Of a stretch of DNA of 27,494 nucleotides, positions 1 to 9,406 are shown one piece after another (the stretch's first letter is position 1; each line of letters opens with the position of its first letter). Where the stretch lies: NCBI GenBank assembly GCA_034439715.1, contig JAWXAY010000012.1:1-27494 (forward strand). Reading direction: 5' to 3'. This DNA is from Pseudomonadota bacterium (GTDB lineage: Bacteria; Bdellovibrionota; Bdellovibrionia; Bdellovibrionales; SG-bin7). A program made the position numbers and the translations under genes. The notes under the pieces are model-generated. The model had not been told where the DNA came from and did not search any database. It worked only from the letters and a program-made list of their open reading frames with translations.

Positions 1-932
1 GGCGTATAGATGTTCATAAATAATGCCAGTATTCCAGTGATAATCACGGTCACAATTACTGCTGTTGACTCTTGTGACGAAAAATTAAAATAAGGTAAAG
101 CCAATGGTTTAGGTGCTTCGGGCACGAATCTAATCCAAATTGAGATTTCACTATCAGGAACCTGAATTCGAACTAACTCCTTAGTTTGCAAGAAAAAAGA
201 CTTTCCTTGGGCTCCCTGATTAACACGACCTTCTTTTTGCAACTGATCCAGGGCTTTTGAAACCTTTTGTGCGTCGACTATTTCGGCAAAAACTCCATTA
301 GTAAGCAGGACTTCAACTTGTTGGCCGATGACCAAAAGTGGCGTTCGCCCCATGGGCGTAGAAAGCGGTAGGCGAACATCACTGTCTTCTTGCCAGCCAG
401 CAAAAATCATTCCTACCTTATGCAAGTGATAAGTATTAAGAACTCGATCTCCCCAAGCAACCAATACTTCAACCACAGTTCCTGCAGATGGCACCAATAC
501 GTCTCTTAAATCTTTGTGTTTACTTTGAGGGGCGTATGTTCCTTTAGACGAGCGTTGAACGGATGTGGCTGCATGAACCTGACTCGGCATTTTTATCGGC
601 GGTGGCCCAGCTACGGGAGCTGTTTTTGGTTTTGGAATTCCCTCAAAAAACTGAATAGTGTAGGGTCCGATCCCTATTTCATCTTCATGTTTAATCGCGC
701 TGTCTAATGTTTTTTGTTGATTAAGGGTTACGCCAAACTCAGAACCTAAATCACAAAGATAGAAGCCGCTATCCCGCCGTTCAATCAAGGCATGAATTGG
801 CGCCACTTTATCTGACTCAAGGACAAGATCTAAATCCCCATTGCGACCAATCGTTACCTGATCTTGGCTAAACTGCTTAACGTGAATAAGGTTCTTGTTT
901 TGATAAATTCGCAAAAGAATAGTGGAGTTCAC
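1..932 (-). CDS. gltG: GltG/PglI (AgmX/PglI family) gliding motility protein with N-terminal FHA domain; partial, runs off the left window edge
   Basis: Not in the ORF track; translated by hand. GTG start at 932 overlaps the upstream TGA (GTGA), with GGAGGAGG RBS. MNSTILLRIYQNKNLIHVKQFSQDQVTIGRNGDLDLVLESDKVAPIHALIERRDSGFYLCDLGSEFGVTLNQ is FHA-like, followed by a Pro-rich linker and GTVVEVLVAWGDRVLNTYH. Lies directly after gltF. Confidence 0.8.
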   Translation of the reverse strand, partial: MNSTILLRIYQNKNLIHVKQFSQDQVTIGRNGDLDLVLESDKVAPIHALIERRDSGFYLCDLGSEFGVTLNQQKTLDSAIKHEDEIGIGPYTIQFFEGIPKPKTAPVAGPPPIKMPSQVHAATSVQRSSKGTYAPQSKHKDLRDVLVPSAGTVVEVLVAWGDRVLNTYHLHKVGMIFAGWQEDSDVRLPLSTPMGRTPLLVIGQQVEVLLTNGVFAEIVDAQKVSKALDQLQKEGRVNQGAQGKSFFLQTKELVRIQVPDSEISIWIRFVPEAPKPLALPYFNFSSQESTAVIVTVIITGILALFMNIYT

Positions 933-1240
933 TCGCCTCCTCCATCGACATCTTCGACATCTTCGGCGGTCTGCTTCATTTCAGGGATAAAATCTTTTCT
1001 GAGTTTAATAAGCCGTTTATAATTAAATTGTTTTCGCTGAAGTAAGTAAAACAGCTCCGGCTTTTTGAATTCGCCCTCTACAAGTTCGTCTTCAAAATCT
1101 ATAGTAGTTTTTTTGACCTTAGAGCCTTTGGGTTCCTTCGCGGCATCTTGTGCACTAGCAAAACTGCCCAATGTAATTAGAGAAAATCCCAAGAATAATA
1201 TCGGTAGTATTCGGGTCTCAAATGTTGGCCTAAGTTGCAT
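929..1240 (-). CDS. gltF: GltF/CglF-like small secreted gliding motility protein
   Basis: Signal peptide (…GSFASA), then KKTTIDFEDELVEGEFKKPE…FNYKRLIKLRKDFIPEM, resembling the CglF/GltF core; lies between the gltE-like and gltG-like genes. Confidence 0.8.
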   Translation of the reverse strand: MQLRPTFETRILPILFLGFSLITLGSFASAQDAAKEPKGSKVKKTTIDFEDELVEGEFKKPELFYLLQRKQFNYKRLIKLRKDFIPEMKQTAEDVEDVDGGGE

Positions 1241-1275
1241 GAAATACCTTTCAACAATCTTTCTAACTGCTTAAC

Positions 1276-2139
1276 TCACTTCAATCTTCGCTCTAGTTCT
1301 ATCACTCTGTCTACTATTTCTCCTCGCGGATCCAGGAATCGAATTTTACTGAGCACGACTTTGGCCTCGTCAACAGACTTTAGTTCACCGACCAAAAGTT
1401 CGGCGTAATCCATGAGCAAGTTAATGTCGTCACTCTGTGAAACTAAACCTTTGTAAATTTTCTGCGCGGCTGAATAATTTTTTGTACCCCGAAGACTAAC
1501 GGCATAGGCCGTTAGGATTTCTAGATTTTTCGGTAAGGCGCTGTTAGCAGTTTCTAAAAGTGGCGCAGCTTTGTCGTAATAACCATACTTAGCGTACAAC
1601 AAGCCCAAATTTGTAGAGGCGGCAACATTGCTAGAGTCAAGTGAAAGGCTTCTCTTGAATTCGCCAACAGCCTGATCCTGCTCGCCTTCGGCCATTAAGA
1701 TAATTCCCAAGTTATTATGAATTTCAGCGCTCCCATTTCCCTTCTTTAAGGCTCTTTGCATGTACTGTTTGGCTAATCCCACTTTTTTCTTAGTAAAGTA
1801 ATACATCGCCATAGAGTTCAGTGCCTTGAAATCATCGGCATCATCAAACAAAATAGTGCCCGCGGCGTCTAAGACTGATTTTTCGCTGCCCGCGCGAATG
1901 GCCTCCGCTAGAGATTTGTACTTGGCCTCTAACTCTTGACGGCTCACTTTCTGTGGAGCAGTGTTGACTCCCTCTAACAACGCGTCGTCACTCGCATTTT
2001 CGTAGGAAAGATCTAAATTGCCCGAATCATCATTTTTTTTGTTTGTGGTACAACCAAGCCCCCCCAAGAGAGACGAAAAGAGGACCACCAGGAGTAGCAT
2101 CACCGGGGAGAACCATAATAGCCTCGATGCCATCAACAT
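1276..2139 (-). CDS. gltE: TPR-repeat lipoprotein, GltE/AglT-like
   Basis: Hydrophobic signal ending in a lipobox-like GLGC; several TPR motifs (AEIHNNLGIILMAEGEQDQAVGEFKRSL; AASTNLGLLYAKYG); operon position. Confidence 0.75.
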   Translation of the reverse strand: MLMASRLLWFSPVMLLLVVLFSSLLGGLGCTTNKKNDDSGNLDLSYENASDDALLEGVNTAPQKVSRQELEAKYKSLAEAIRAGSEKSVLDAAGTILFDDADDFKALNSMAMYYFTKKKVGLAKQYMQRALKKGNGSAEIHNNLGIILMAEGEQDQAVGEFKRSLSLDSSNVAASTNLGLLYAKYGYYDKAAPLLETANSALPKNLEILTAYAVSLRGTKNYSAAQKIYKGLVSQSDDINLLMDYAELLVGELKSVDEAKVVLSKIRFLDPRGEIVDRVIELERRLK

Positions 2140-5100
2140 TTAAAACCCCATCCAATCCACCAAGTTTATTGATTTGATGTTCGCATTTACAAACAAATTT
2201 TGTCCAGGATCAAACTTACTTAAATTCTTTCGAGCAGCTATCACGTGTTCATTCATGACGTCTAACTTTTTAGCTTCGTCGACGGCCAATTGAAAACTCT
2301 CTATTGATTTCTGCTCACGTGGTTTTACAAATTGATTCTCAATAGTGCCCTGGTATTCTTTTACTTTTTGTGGGTTTCCTAGAGCTTTTCTAACATCTGG
2401 CGGGACCGGCATAGCTCGAATTGCCTGGGCATTATTCATATAGGCTAAACCCAAAAGCGTCCATGAGGCCACGATAGTATTGCCCTCCGTATACTTCACA
2501 ACAATTTGCCCAATTTCTTTTTGTAATTTTGAAGTTAATGCGTCTCTTTTTTCAATTCCTGATTTCTGTTTTCTGGCCTCGGCCGGTAGCGCCACAGATT
2601 TTAATTCCTCGTAGATTTCTTTAACCTGATTAAACCTGGCATCGGCGGCATATTTGCCTCCCAATCCTCTGTCTGACTTAGCAAACTCATCCTGAATACG
2701 AATCGTTTTGTCTCGCCAGCGATTGGCATTCTGCTTGTCCCCATCTTTTAAGTAGAGCTGGTAGAGCTTATAGTGGGACTCCACTACCCTCTCTTTATTG
2801 CTGACAGGACTATATATATATTGCTGATAGAGTTTAATCGCCTTAATTAGGTTTCCACGTTTTTTCCATATTTCAGCCTGATAATAGATAGACTCAACCC
2901 GCTCCGCCTGCCGTTTCTCTTTTCTAAAGTAGGCTTCATAATTTTTAATGGCATTGTCATAATTCATAAGTCCATCGTAAATAACCGCGGCATTAAAGTG
3001 ATAATTTTCGACCTGCTTTTCCCCGGGATGAGCGAGGGCGTAGGCCTCATATCCTTGAGCCGCCTTCGAATAGTTACCCAACTGTTGATAAAGGGGGGGC
3101 AGCTCTAGGCTCGCATCTTTTTTTAACTTCATGGCCTCTGGGGATTTATCGGGAAAGGCAATCACGGCCTCGAACATTTTTAAGGCGGGTCCAATCGCTT
3201 TTGCTTGGCGGTAATTATAGGCCGCATTAAATAGCGCTTTAATTGTTAGGTCTGATTTGTTGTTCTCGGCGGCAAATTTCTCAAAAGATTGCCCCGCAGC
3301 GTAGAATTCCTTTTTCTCTTGAAGTTGTACTGAATTCGTAAACTTACTGTTGACTAAAACTTTCCTGAGTTGAAGCGCTATCGGCGACGCGGCAACTTCA
3401 GGAATTGCCAAGAGGTCCTCGCTTGCCTTCCTAAGCCTAATGAAATCCTGACTACGATTGTAAATATCTAAAACAAAACTGATAGCATCTTGCCCAGCGG
3501 CAGACTTTGGTTCTTTTTTGATGATCGGCGTAAAATAGTCTATGGCCTTATCGAAATTATTGTGAAGATAATAAATTTGCGCAATCTTATATTCAATACC
3601 TGTAACTTTGGGATCATCACGAAAGGTCTTTACAAAAAGCCCGGCAGCATTAAGAAATCTATTGACCTCTTCAGCTATTGGGATGGGCTCGTTTTTTGGA
3701 CTCTTATCGCGACGCTGTAAAAACGCCTGCTGATTGGGAATAATCCGCTCTAGAGAAATAACTTGGTTGAGAACGGCATCCTTGTAGAACTTACTCTTTT
3801 TGTCATTTTCGACTACCCACGAATACTCGCGGGCTGCCTCTTTATATTGTTTGTCGTCGTACAAAAGTTCACCGTAGTAAAAATGCATGTCAGCGATGTT
3901 TGCTGATTTCTCAAAAGACCCTAAATAAAGCTTGTACCACTCAACTGTTTGTCGTCTCACTTCGGGGTTTGCAGACTTTCTCGACTGGTCGTGAAGACCC
4001 AGCACATAATTGCGCAGGGTGCGCTCTCGCTGTTCATAAGCTGAGTCTAAAAGACCTTGATCCTTTTTATTAGCTTTTGCCCACTCACTTTCGGGTCCGT
4101 AACCAGAAATCCAATCGTATAGCTCCTTTTTAAAAATCGAGCCTTTACCTGCTGTTGCATACATCGACACGATTTGATATTGAAAATCAAACGAACGAGG
4201 AGAGTTGGGCTCAGCGTCTATCAAGTGCCTAAATAAAAATCGCGCACCTTCAATATTTCGCGACATAAAATAATATGCTAACTTGTCTAAAATTTTAAGA
4301 GCTTTTTTTTCACCGGCCATTGCCGTAAAATATTCTGGCGCATTTTTGTAACTGCCTACTTCGGCATAAAAGGGTACCATATCTCGAAGCGCCTCTGAGG
4401 CCAGCCTTAAGCTAGATACCTTACCTTTTTCATCCCGCTCTTCATCCTTAAAGCGACGACTTTCATTAAAAACCAACTCCATACCCTTTAAGGCACCCTT
4501 AACGTCGTTCAGGCGATATTTACACCAAGAAAGCTTATATATAGAAAAAAGATAATGCCGACCCTTTTGATTGTTAACTAGCCGCGAATAATGCTTGGCC
4601 GCCGGGACCCACTGATTCTTCTCAAAATAATAGTCACCTAGAGCAAAATTAGACTCGTCAACGTAAATACTTTTAGTATAGTTTTCCGTCAGCATTCGAT
4701 AATATTTGGCCCCCTCATCCTCGCGTCCCACTTCGTAATAGTTATAGCCAAGAAAAAATAAGACTTGGGCAATTTTTTTGTCCTTCGGAAAATCCTGCAA
4801 AAAGAGCTTATAAAGATTAATAGCACGTTGGTTATATTCTCTGCCTTCAGATAAATCCAATTGGGGCTTAATCTTTGATTTTTTTGCTTCAAAATCATCG
4901 AGTTTTACTTCGTATTCTCTATACCTTCTAAATTTAACTAATCTGGCTTTTTCTACGTAGAGCTCTGCCAGCCTTACCCAAAGCTCCCCGCGGTTAGGAC
5001 TGTTCTTAAATTTATTCACGATCGCAAAGGTGTCCTTGATTGCACGATCGGTTAACTTTTCGTACTCAACCTCTTTGCCATCTCCCTCAACACGGTATAT

Positions 5101-5328
5101 ATCCGAAGAGCGAGGGGGCTTTACCGTAGAAAGATTTACTGGTGCTGCCGTTTTAAAGGCCTCAGAACCTTTGGGGATATCTTTTTTCTCTTTTTCAAAC
5201 TTTTTCTCTTTGCCGATATTTTTTAAGACATCTCCAATGGTTTTGTCCTTAGCAGGAACAGTTGCAAAGGGGACAACAACCATTGTTGTTGCTGCTGCCA
5301 AATGTCTAATTACCCGAAATACCCACAT
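2140..5328 (-). CDS. gltD: Large periplasmic TPR protein, GltD/AgmU-like
   Basis: 1062 aa with signal peptide and many TPRs; motifs ELWVRLAELY, LFFLGYNYYE, FALGDYYF, YKLSWC, LASEALRDMV; AGGA RBS; operon position. Confidence 0.8.
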   Translation of the reverse strand: MWVFRVIRHLAAATTMVVVPFATVPAKDKTIGDVLKNIGKEKKFEKEKKDIPKGSEAFKTAAPVNLSTVKPPRSSDIYRVEGDGKEVEYEKLTDRAIKDTFAIVNKFKNSPNRGELWVRLAELYVEKARLVKFRRYREYEVKLDDFEAKKSKIKPQLDLSEGREYNQRAINLYKLFLQDFPKDKKIAQVLFFLGYNYYEVGREDEGAKYYRMLTENYTKSIYVDESNFALGDYYFEKNQWVPAAKHYSRLVNNQKGRHYLFSIYKLSWCKYRLNDVKGALKGMELVFNESRRFKDEERDEKGKVSSLRLASEALRDMVPFYAEVGSYKNAPEYFTAMAGEKKALKILDKLAYYFMSRNIEGARFLFRHLIDAEPNSPRSFDFQYQIVSMYATAGKGSIFKKELYDWISGYGPESEWAKANKKDQGLLDSAYEQRERTLRNYVLGLHDQSRKSANPEVRRQTVEWYKLYLGSFEKSANIADMHFYYGELLYDDKQYKEAAREYSWVVENDKKSKFYKDAVLNQVISLERIIPNQQAFLQRRDKSPKNEPIPIAEEVNRFLNAAGLFVKTFRDDPKVTGIEYKIAQIYYLHNNFDKAIDYFTPIIKKEPKSAAGQDAISFVLDIYNRSQDFIRLRKASEDLLAIPEVAASPIALQLRKVLVNSKFTNSVQLQEKKEFYAAGQSFEKFAAENNKSDLTIKALFNAAYNYRQAKAIGPALKMFEAVIAFPDKSPEAMKLKKDASLELPPLYQQLGNYSKAAQGYEAYALAHPGEKQVENYHFNAAVIYDGLMNYDNAIKNYEAYFRKEKRQAERVESIYYQAEIWKKRGNLIKAIKLYQQYIYSPVSNKERVVESHYKLYQLYLKDGDKQNANRWRDKTIRIQDEFAKSDRGLGGKYAADARFNQVKEIYEELKSVALPAEARKQKSGIEKRDALTSKLQKEIGQIVVKYTEGNTIVASWTLLGLAYMNNAQAIRAMPVPPDVRKALGNPQKVKEYQGTIENQFVKPREQKSIESFQLAVDEAKKLDVMNEHVIAARKNLSKFDPGQNLFVNANIKSINLVDWMGF

Positions 5329-5339
5329 TAAATCATTCC

Positions 5340-7001
5340 TTATTTACAACTAGATATGCCCAAATAGTGATAGTTCCCTAACTCATCCAACCAATACTCT
5401 CCCTGAAATGGGTAGTAATCATAACCGTTTTGCACATAAAAGGTACGGCTGTCTTGTTCGTTAACTTGTTTTGTCATTCCGTTTTCTTGAGCCAGAATTT
5501 TATCATCGTCTTCTTTTCTCATTTCCTTTTTCATTTCTTCTTTTCGAGTATTTAGAACCTCAAGACGCAGAAAACCTACCTGCTCAAACATATCTCGAAT
5601 TTCACCTTTTATATCAAAAAGATAGCGACGGATTATTTTACCTAATTTCTTTTGGGTCTTTTTGGCTCTCAATTGATCTAATTTTTTCGCGTACCTGCCA
5701 AGCGGGCTTTGTTTAAATGCAGCACTCATGCCGTCGAGACGGTCGAGTTCTTCATTGAGTTTATCAAGGTAATTTCTGTTGCTGCGAAAATCATTCTCTT
5801 TTGAAATCTTTTGAATGGCTAAGAGTGGCAGCTTTCCGTCGACGCCTTCTTCACTGACCTTTTCAAATTCATTAAAGTACTCTTGGGCATCAGGTTTTTG
5901 GCTAATAAACTGAAGAACCGACTTTCTTACAGGCCCATAGATATTCTCGAATAAATCCAATACTTTTTCAAGCTCCTGAAATTTACAAATATACAAATAT
6001 ACTATCGAACGAAGCAGTAACGACTCTGGCAGATAAAACTTATCGTAAAATGGTGAGTGGAGCGAGTGAAAGTTACTCAAGGCCGAACGAAATTTAGCAC
6101 CTCTGAGCATGGCCCAGCTGGATTCGAAAAGTGTCTCGTGCCAAGCCGGAGTATCCCGTGGGATTTGGCGATAAGTCTCAACAGATTCATCCCAATTTTT
6201 AGCCTGATAGAGAGCTCGAGCCTTACCGATCAGTGCCGAAACTCGCACGGGATCGTTGACCGGCGCCGTAGCTCTAGCGTTATACAATTCCTCAAAAATG
6301 ACTGCTGATTCCTGGGGTTTATTAGCTGAAGCAAAGGCTAGTCCTTGATTGTATTTAGCTCTCATAAAATAGCGACTATCGGCAGCCACTTTAGCAAAAC
6401 TTTTTGCAGCTTGGTCATGGTCTTTGTTCTTCATCTGAAATTCGCCGACTCGAAAATAAAGCATATCTTTATGAATGGCCGGAAACTCGTCTACTTTGAT
6501 TTTAGAAATCGCCAAATTAATTAAAGTATCAAAATCAAGCGCATCAGCCGCTATAGAAAGTTTTTCTAAGCTTTGCTTTAGATATTTGGACTTTCCTTTA
6601 ACTGAAACTTTTAAAAACTCTACCGCTGCGACCTGGTTTAATCCTAACTCCATGAGAGTTAACCCCAATTTGTATTTTAACTCTTCACGCTGATTCTTTA
6701 AGAGTGGATTGCGCGACAGCCTGTATAGCTTTTGGGCCGCCACTTCAAATTTTTCTTCTTTAATAAGCTGATTCACTTCTTTTATAGATTGCGTATCTTC
6801 GGGCGAGGATTTCGCAGCCTCAGTTATAGGTGCCGGGGCCTCGGCCACAGGAGCCTCTTTGGGTGATTTTTTCTTTTTTTTCTTCTTTTTCTTCTTTTTC
6901 TCTGCGGCCTCAGCATTGTTGAGCAAGCTATTTCTGCTACCCAGTGGCATTGATCCAAAAAATAGACTCAATGAAATTAAACTGGCAACGAGTTTTTTCA
7001 T
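5340..7001 (-). CDS. gltC: GltC-like TPR gliding motility protein
   Basis: Signal peptide; TPRs; LFESSWA, ALSNFHSLHSPFY…PESLLLRSIVYLYICKF and C-terminal YPFQGEYWLDELGNYHY…C, matching the GltC-type FxGEYWxDELGxY ending. Confidence 0.8.
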   Translation of the reverse strand: MKKLVASLISLSLFFGSMPLGSRNSLLNNAEAAEKKKKKKKKKKKSPKEAPVAEAPAPITEAAKSSPEDTQSIKEVNQLIKEEKFEVAAQKLYRLSRNPLLKNQREELKYKLGLTLMELGLNQVAAVEFLKVSVKGKSKYLKQSLEKLSIAADALDFDTLINLAISKIKVDEFPAIHKDMLYFRVGEFQMKNKDHDQAAKSFAKVAADSRYFMRAKYNQGLAFASANKPQESAVIFEELYNARATAPVNDPVRVSALIGKARALYQAKNWDESVETYRQIPRDTPAWHETLFESSWAMLRGAKFRSALSNFHSLHSPFYDKFYLPESLLLRSIVYLYICKFQELEKVLDLFENIYGPVRKSVLQFISQKPDAQEYFNEFEKVSEEGVDGKLPLLAIQKISKENDFRSNRNYLDKLNEELDRLDGMSAAFKQSPLGRYAKKLDQLRAKKTQKKLGKIIRRYLFDIKGEIRDMFEQVGFLRLEVLNTRKEEMKKEMRKEDDDKILAQENGMTKQVNEQDSRTFYVQNGYDYYPFQGEYWLDELGNYHYLGISSCK

Positions 7002-7801
7002 CGGTAAGTTGCCTCTGGAAAAAAGAAACTCATTCCTAGAGTCATAAATAAGTTATCAAAATTTCCCGTTTTATCCACGCCGGCGTCTCGGTAGGTGGCA
7101 TTGTAGAAATTCCAGCTAAAGTCCCAGCGTAATGCAAGGCTTTTTGAAATGGCAAATTTTTGTCCAGCTCCGACATGGAATGTTGGCTCGCTTTGATTCT
7201 GATTAGTTTTAGTCAGGCCAAAGCCGCCACTGAGATATAAGTCAAAGGGCACAATTCTACTTTCAAAAACCGACACCTTTCCATAAACAGGAGTCCATAA
7301 AAGATCGACCCCATAAAACTGTTCGGGACTCACTAGTCCATCAGTGTCAATGCCGTGGACAGTAGACAGATCATCCACGGCCTCACGTTTTGAACTCGAT
7401 AGGTACATAAAACTACCTTCGACTCCCCAGGATTCAGATAAATGATAGCCCAAGCGAAGCAACAGACCAAAATTCATAAAGAAGGCATTATTTACAGTTG
7501 TTCCCAATCCACCATAAATTTCGAAGCGTTTGGATTTGGGTAAAAACTTTCTTTGAATAATAGCAATGTCGCTAAATGCTTGCAGATTCTTAAGACTCGA
7601 CAATTCGCCGAGAGGAGACTCATCAATGACAGGAGCCGCCGCATTCTCAGCGTCCTCTTTATCAGACTGCTTATCAAGAATCTGCTCCATCTCATCAATA
7701 TTGGAATCTTCCTCGTCGGCAGCGTATGCCGTAATACAAGGAAATTGCAAAACCATCATGGCACAAATAAAAGTAAAAAAGGAGCGTCGAGGATTAACCA
7801 T
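6998..7801 (-). CDS. gltA: Outer-membrane beta-barrel domain protein, GltA-like
   Basis: Signal peptide; IAIIQRKFLPKSKRFE, LLWTPVYGKVS, PFDLYLSGGFG and C-terminal LGMSFFFP typical of myxobacterial/Bdellovibrio Glt OMPs; directly upstream of gltC. Confidence 0.7.
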   Translation of the reverse strand: MVNPRRSFFTFICAMMVLQFPCITAYAADEEDSNIDEMEQILDKQSDKEDAENAAAPVIDESPLGELSSLKNLQAFSDIAIIQRKFLPKSKRFEIYGGLGTTVNNAFFMNFGLLLRLGYHLSESWGVEGSFMYLSSSKREAVDDLSTVHGIDTDGLVSPEQFYGVDLLWTPVYGKVSVFESRIVPFDLYLSGGFGLTKTNQNQSEPTFHVGAGQKFAISKSLALRWDFSWNFYNATYRDAGVDKTGNFDNLFMTLGMSFFFPEATYR

Positions 7802-7872
7802 TTCCCTTTAAGATAACGAAACTCTTATGGAAATGGCAGGTATTATCAATAAACTGGACCGCTAACCCAAGA

Positions 7873-8592
7873 TTATTTAAAAAGAAACTCTAGACCAACA
7901 CCCAACACATTATTAAGAGAAACGGTTGTCTCGAAGGACTCAACCGGCTCATTGGGAGCTATGGTCAAGGGCTTGGATAGAACGTTGGGACCATTATAGA
8001 TCATAGAAACTAGATCTAGCCTTAGGGCTATATTGCGATTAAAGTAAAACTTCATACCTAGACCAAGGTCCCCCATGGGATACATCGAGCCGCCTATACT
8101 TATCGTGCCTAAACCAGCCAGTCCGTACAAAGACATATTAGTCACGATCTTCTTACCCATGCTAACTTTGCCGTAAAAAATACTGTACTGATAATTTACT
8201 ATTGCTAGATACTCGGGTCGCGGTCTATTTTTAAGGCCTAGAGTTTTCCCAACTCCCGCGTCGAGTTGCTCTGTGTAACTGGAGTCACCTTGATTCCAAA
8301 GATAAAACCGAGCTTGAATTCCCTTCACTTCATCAAAGTGGTAGTTCACAAATCCACCATATTGCAAAGAGCTATTAAAGGGCTCATTCAGTACAAAACC
8401 TGCTCCACCACCTACCGATATTCTTTTTGAAAGCGTGACATTTCGATTAAGTACTGTCTTGAGATTTTTGAAAACTGGCAAAACGGACTCTCTTGCCAGT
8501 TCATCTTTAGAAAATTTGATCTCTTCAGCGTAACCCGCTGAAAAAGTCAGAAGTACCATTAAAAATATATTTCTTAATATGGATATATACAT
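7873..8592 (-). CDS. Outer-membrane beta-barrel domain protein, GltB/GltA paralog
   Basis: Likely start is the ATG at 8592 (MYISILRNIFLMVLLTFSAGYA signal peptide) rather than 8682. Motifs ELARESVLPVF, YSIFYGKVS, ALRLDL and C-terminal LGLEFLFK-like beta-signal (VGLEFLFK). Confidence 0.7.
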   Translation of the reverse strand: MYISILRNIFLMVLLTFSAGYAEEIKFSKDELARESVLPVFKNLKTVLNRNVTLSKRISVGGGAGFVLNEPFNSSLQYGGFVNYHFDEVKGIQARFYLWNQGDSSYTEQLDAGVGKTLGLKNRPRPEYLAIVNYQYSIFYGKVSMGKKIVTNMSLYGLAGLGTISIGGSMYPMGDLGLGMKFYFNRNIALRLDLVSMIYNGPNVLSKPLTIAPNEPVESFETTVSLNNVLGVGLEFLFK

Positions 8593-8707
8593 AAGTTGAA
8601 TTCTGACGACTACTGAGCCTAAGCGCAAACTGTGTTCTTGGTTCACAGACCAACGTCGAGCAAAATTAGGTAGAAATCGCAACTGCGTCAGTGCTAAGCT
8701 TCATTTT

Positions 8708-9406
8708 ATGGAGACTTCAAATAAATTTGAGAAAGTAACAAACGTTCAGGATAAATTTCTATATTTCAAAACGTTAGCCAAAGAGGCTTCACAAATTCAC
8801 GGCATTGTGGAAGATGGCACCAAAATAGTACTTAAAGCTAATCGCCTTGTAGGCAATTATTTAGAGATCTCACCCGAAGGTAAGTCGCCCTTGCTCGCAA
8901 ACAGTGAGGGCGTGTTTAATTTTTTGGTCGCTAGAACTCAATTTTTTTTTCGCTCCAAAATTATGCTTGTTAATAAAAGTGAACTTGCTTTGGATATAAC
9001 AGGCGACCTATTTCAACTTCAAAGGCGTACTAACTTTCGTCTGCCCATACCCAGGGAGGACCAAGTGACAGTTCGTCTTGACTCTCACAACGAAGTTCCG
9101 GTGAATCTAAAAGGGGTTGTGATTGATCTCGGCTTGGGCGGGTGCCTCATTGAGATCAGTGATTCTGAAAGCCCTCTACTTGTAGACCACATTATAACTG
9201 GCAGGCTTGTTACCCCGAGTGCTATTCTTATGAGTTTTGAAGCTTCGTTAAGGCATAAAAAAATCGATCCAATTAATAAATCTAAAATTACAGTGGGAAT
9301 TGAGTTTAAAAGATTCTTAAGTGGCGGACTACCCGAATTAAATAATCTTATTATGGATCTATATCGAAAGTATTTTTCGAAGTTTTCCAATAATTTGCCT
9401 ACCTAA
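8708..9406 (+). CDS. PilZ-domain (YcgR-like) c-di-GMP receptor protein
   Basis: QRRTNFR (RxxxR) followed by DLGLGG (DxSxxG variant) and GIEF; YcgR-N-like N-terminal half. Confidence 0.8.
   Translation: METSNKFEKVTNVQDKFLYFKTLAKEASQIHGIVEDGTKIVLKANRLVGNYLEISPEGKSPLLANSEGVFNFLVARTQFFFRSKIMLVNKSELALDITGDLFQLQRRTNFRLPIPREDQVTVRLDSHNEVPVNLKGVVIDLGLGGCLIEISDSESPLLVDHIITGRLVTPSAILMSFEASLRHKKIDPINKSKITVGIEFKRFLSGGLPELNNLIMDLYRKYFSKFSNNLPT

Noticed and set aside
516..707. 63-aa plus-strand ORF
   Set aside because: Antisense to the gltG frame, which has recognisable FHA motifs and an RBS.
6859..7047. Poly-Phe ORF on the plus strand
   Set aside because: It is simply the reverse complement of the GltC poly-Lys tract.
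8593..8682. N-terminal 30-aa extension of the OMP ORF
   Set aside because: The signal peptide fits a start at ATG 8592; the extension would fill the divergent promoter region.
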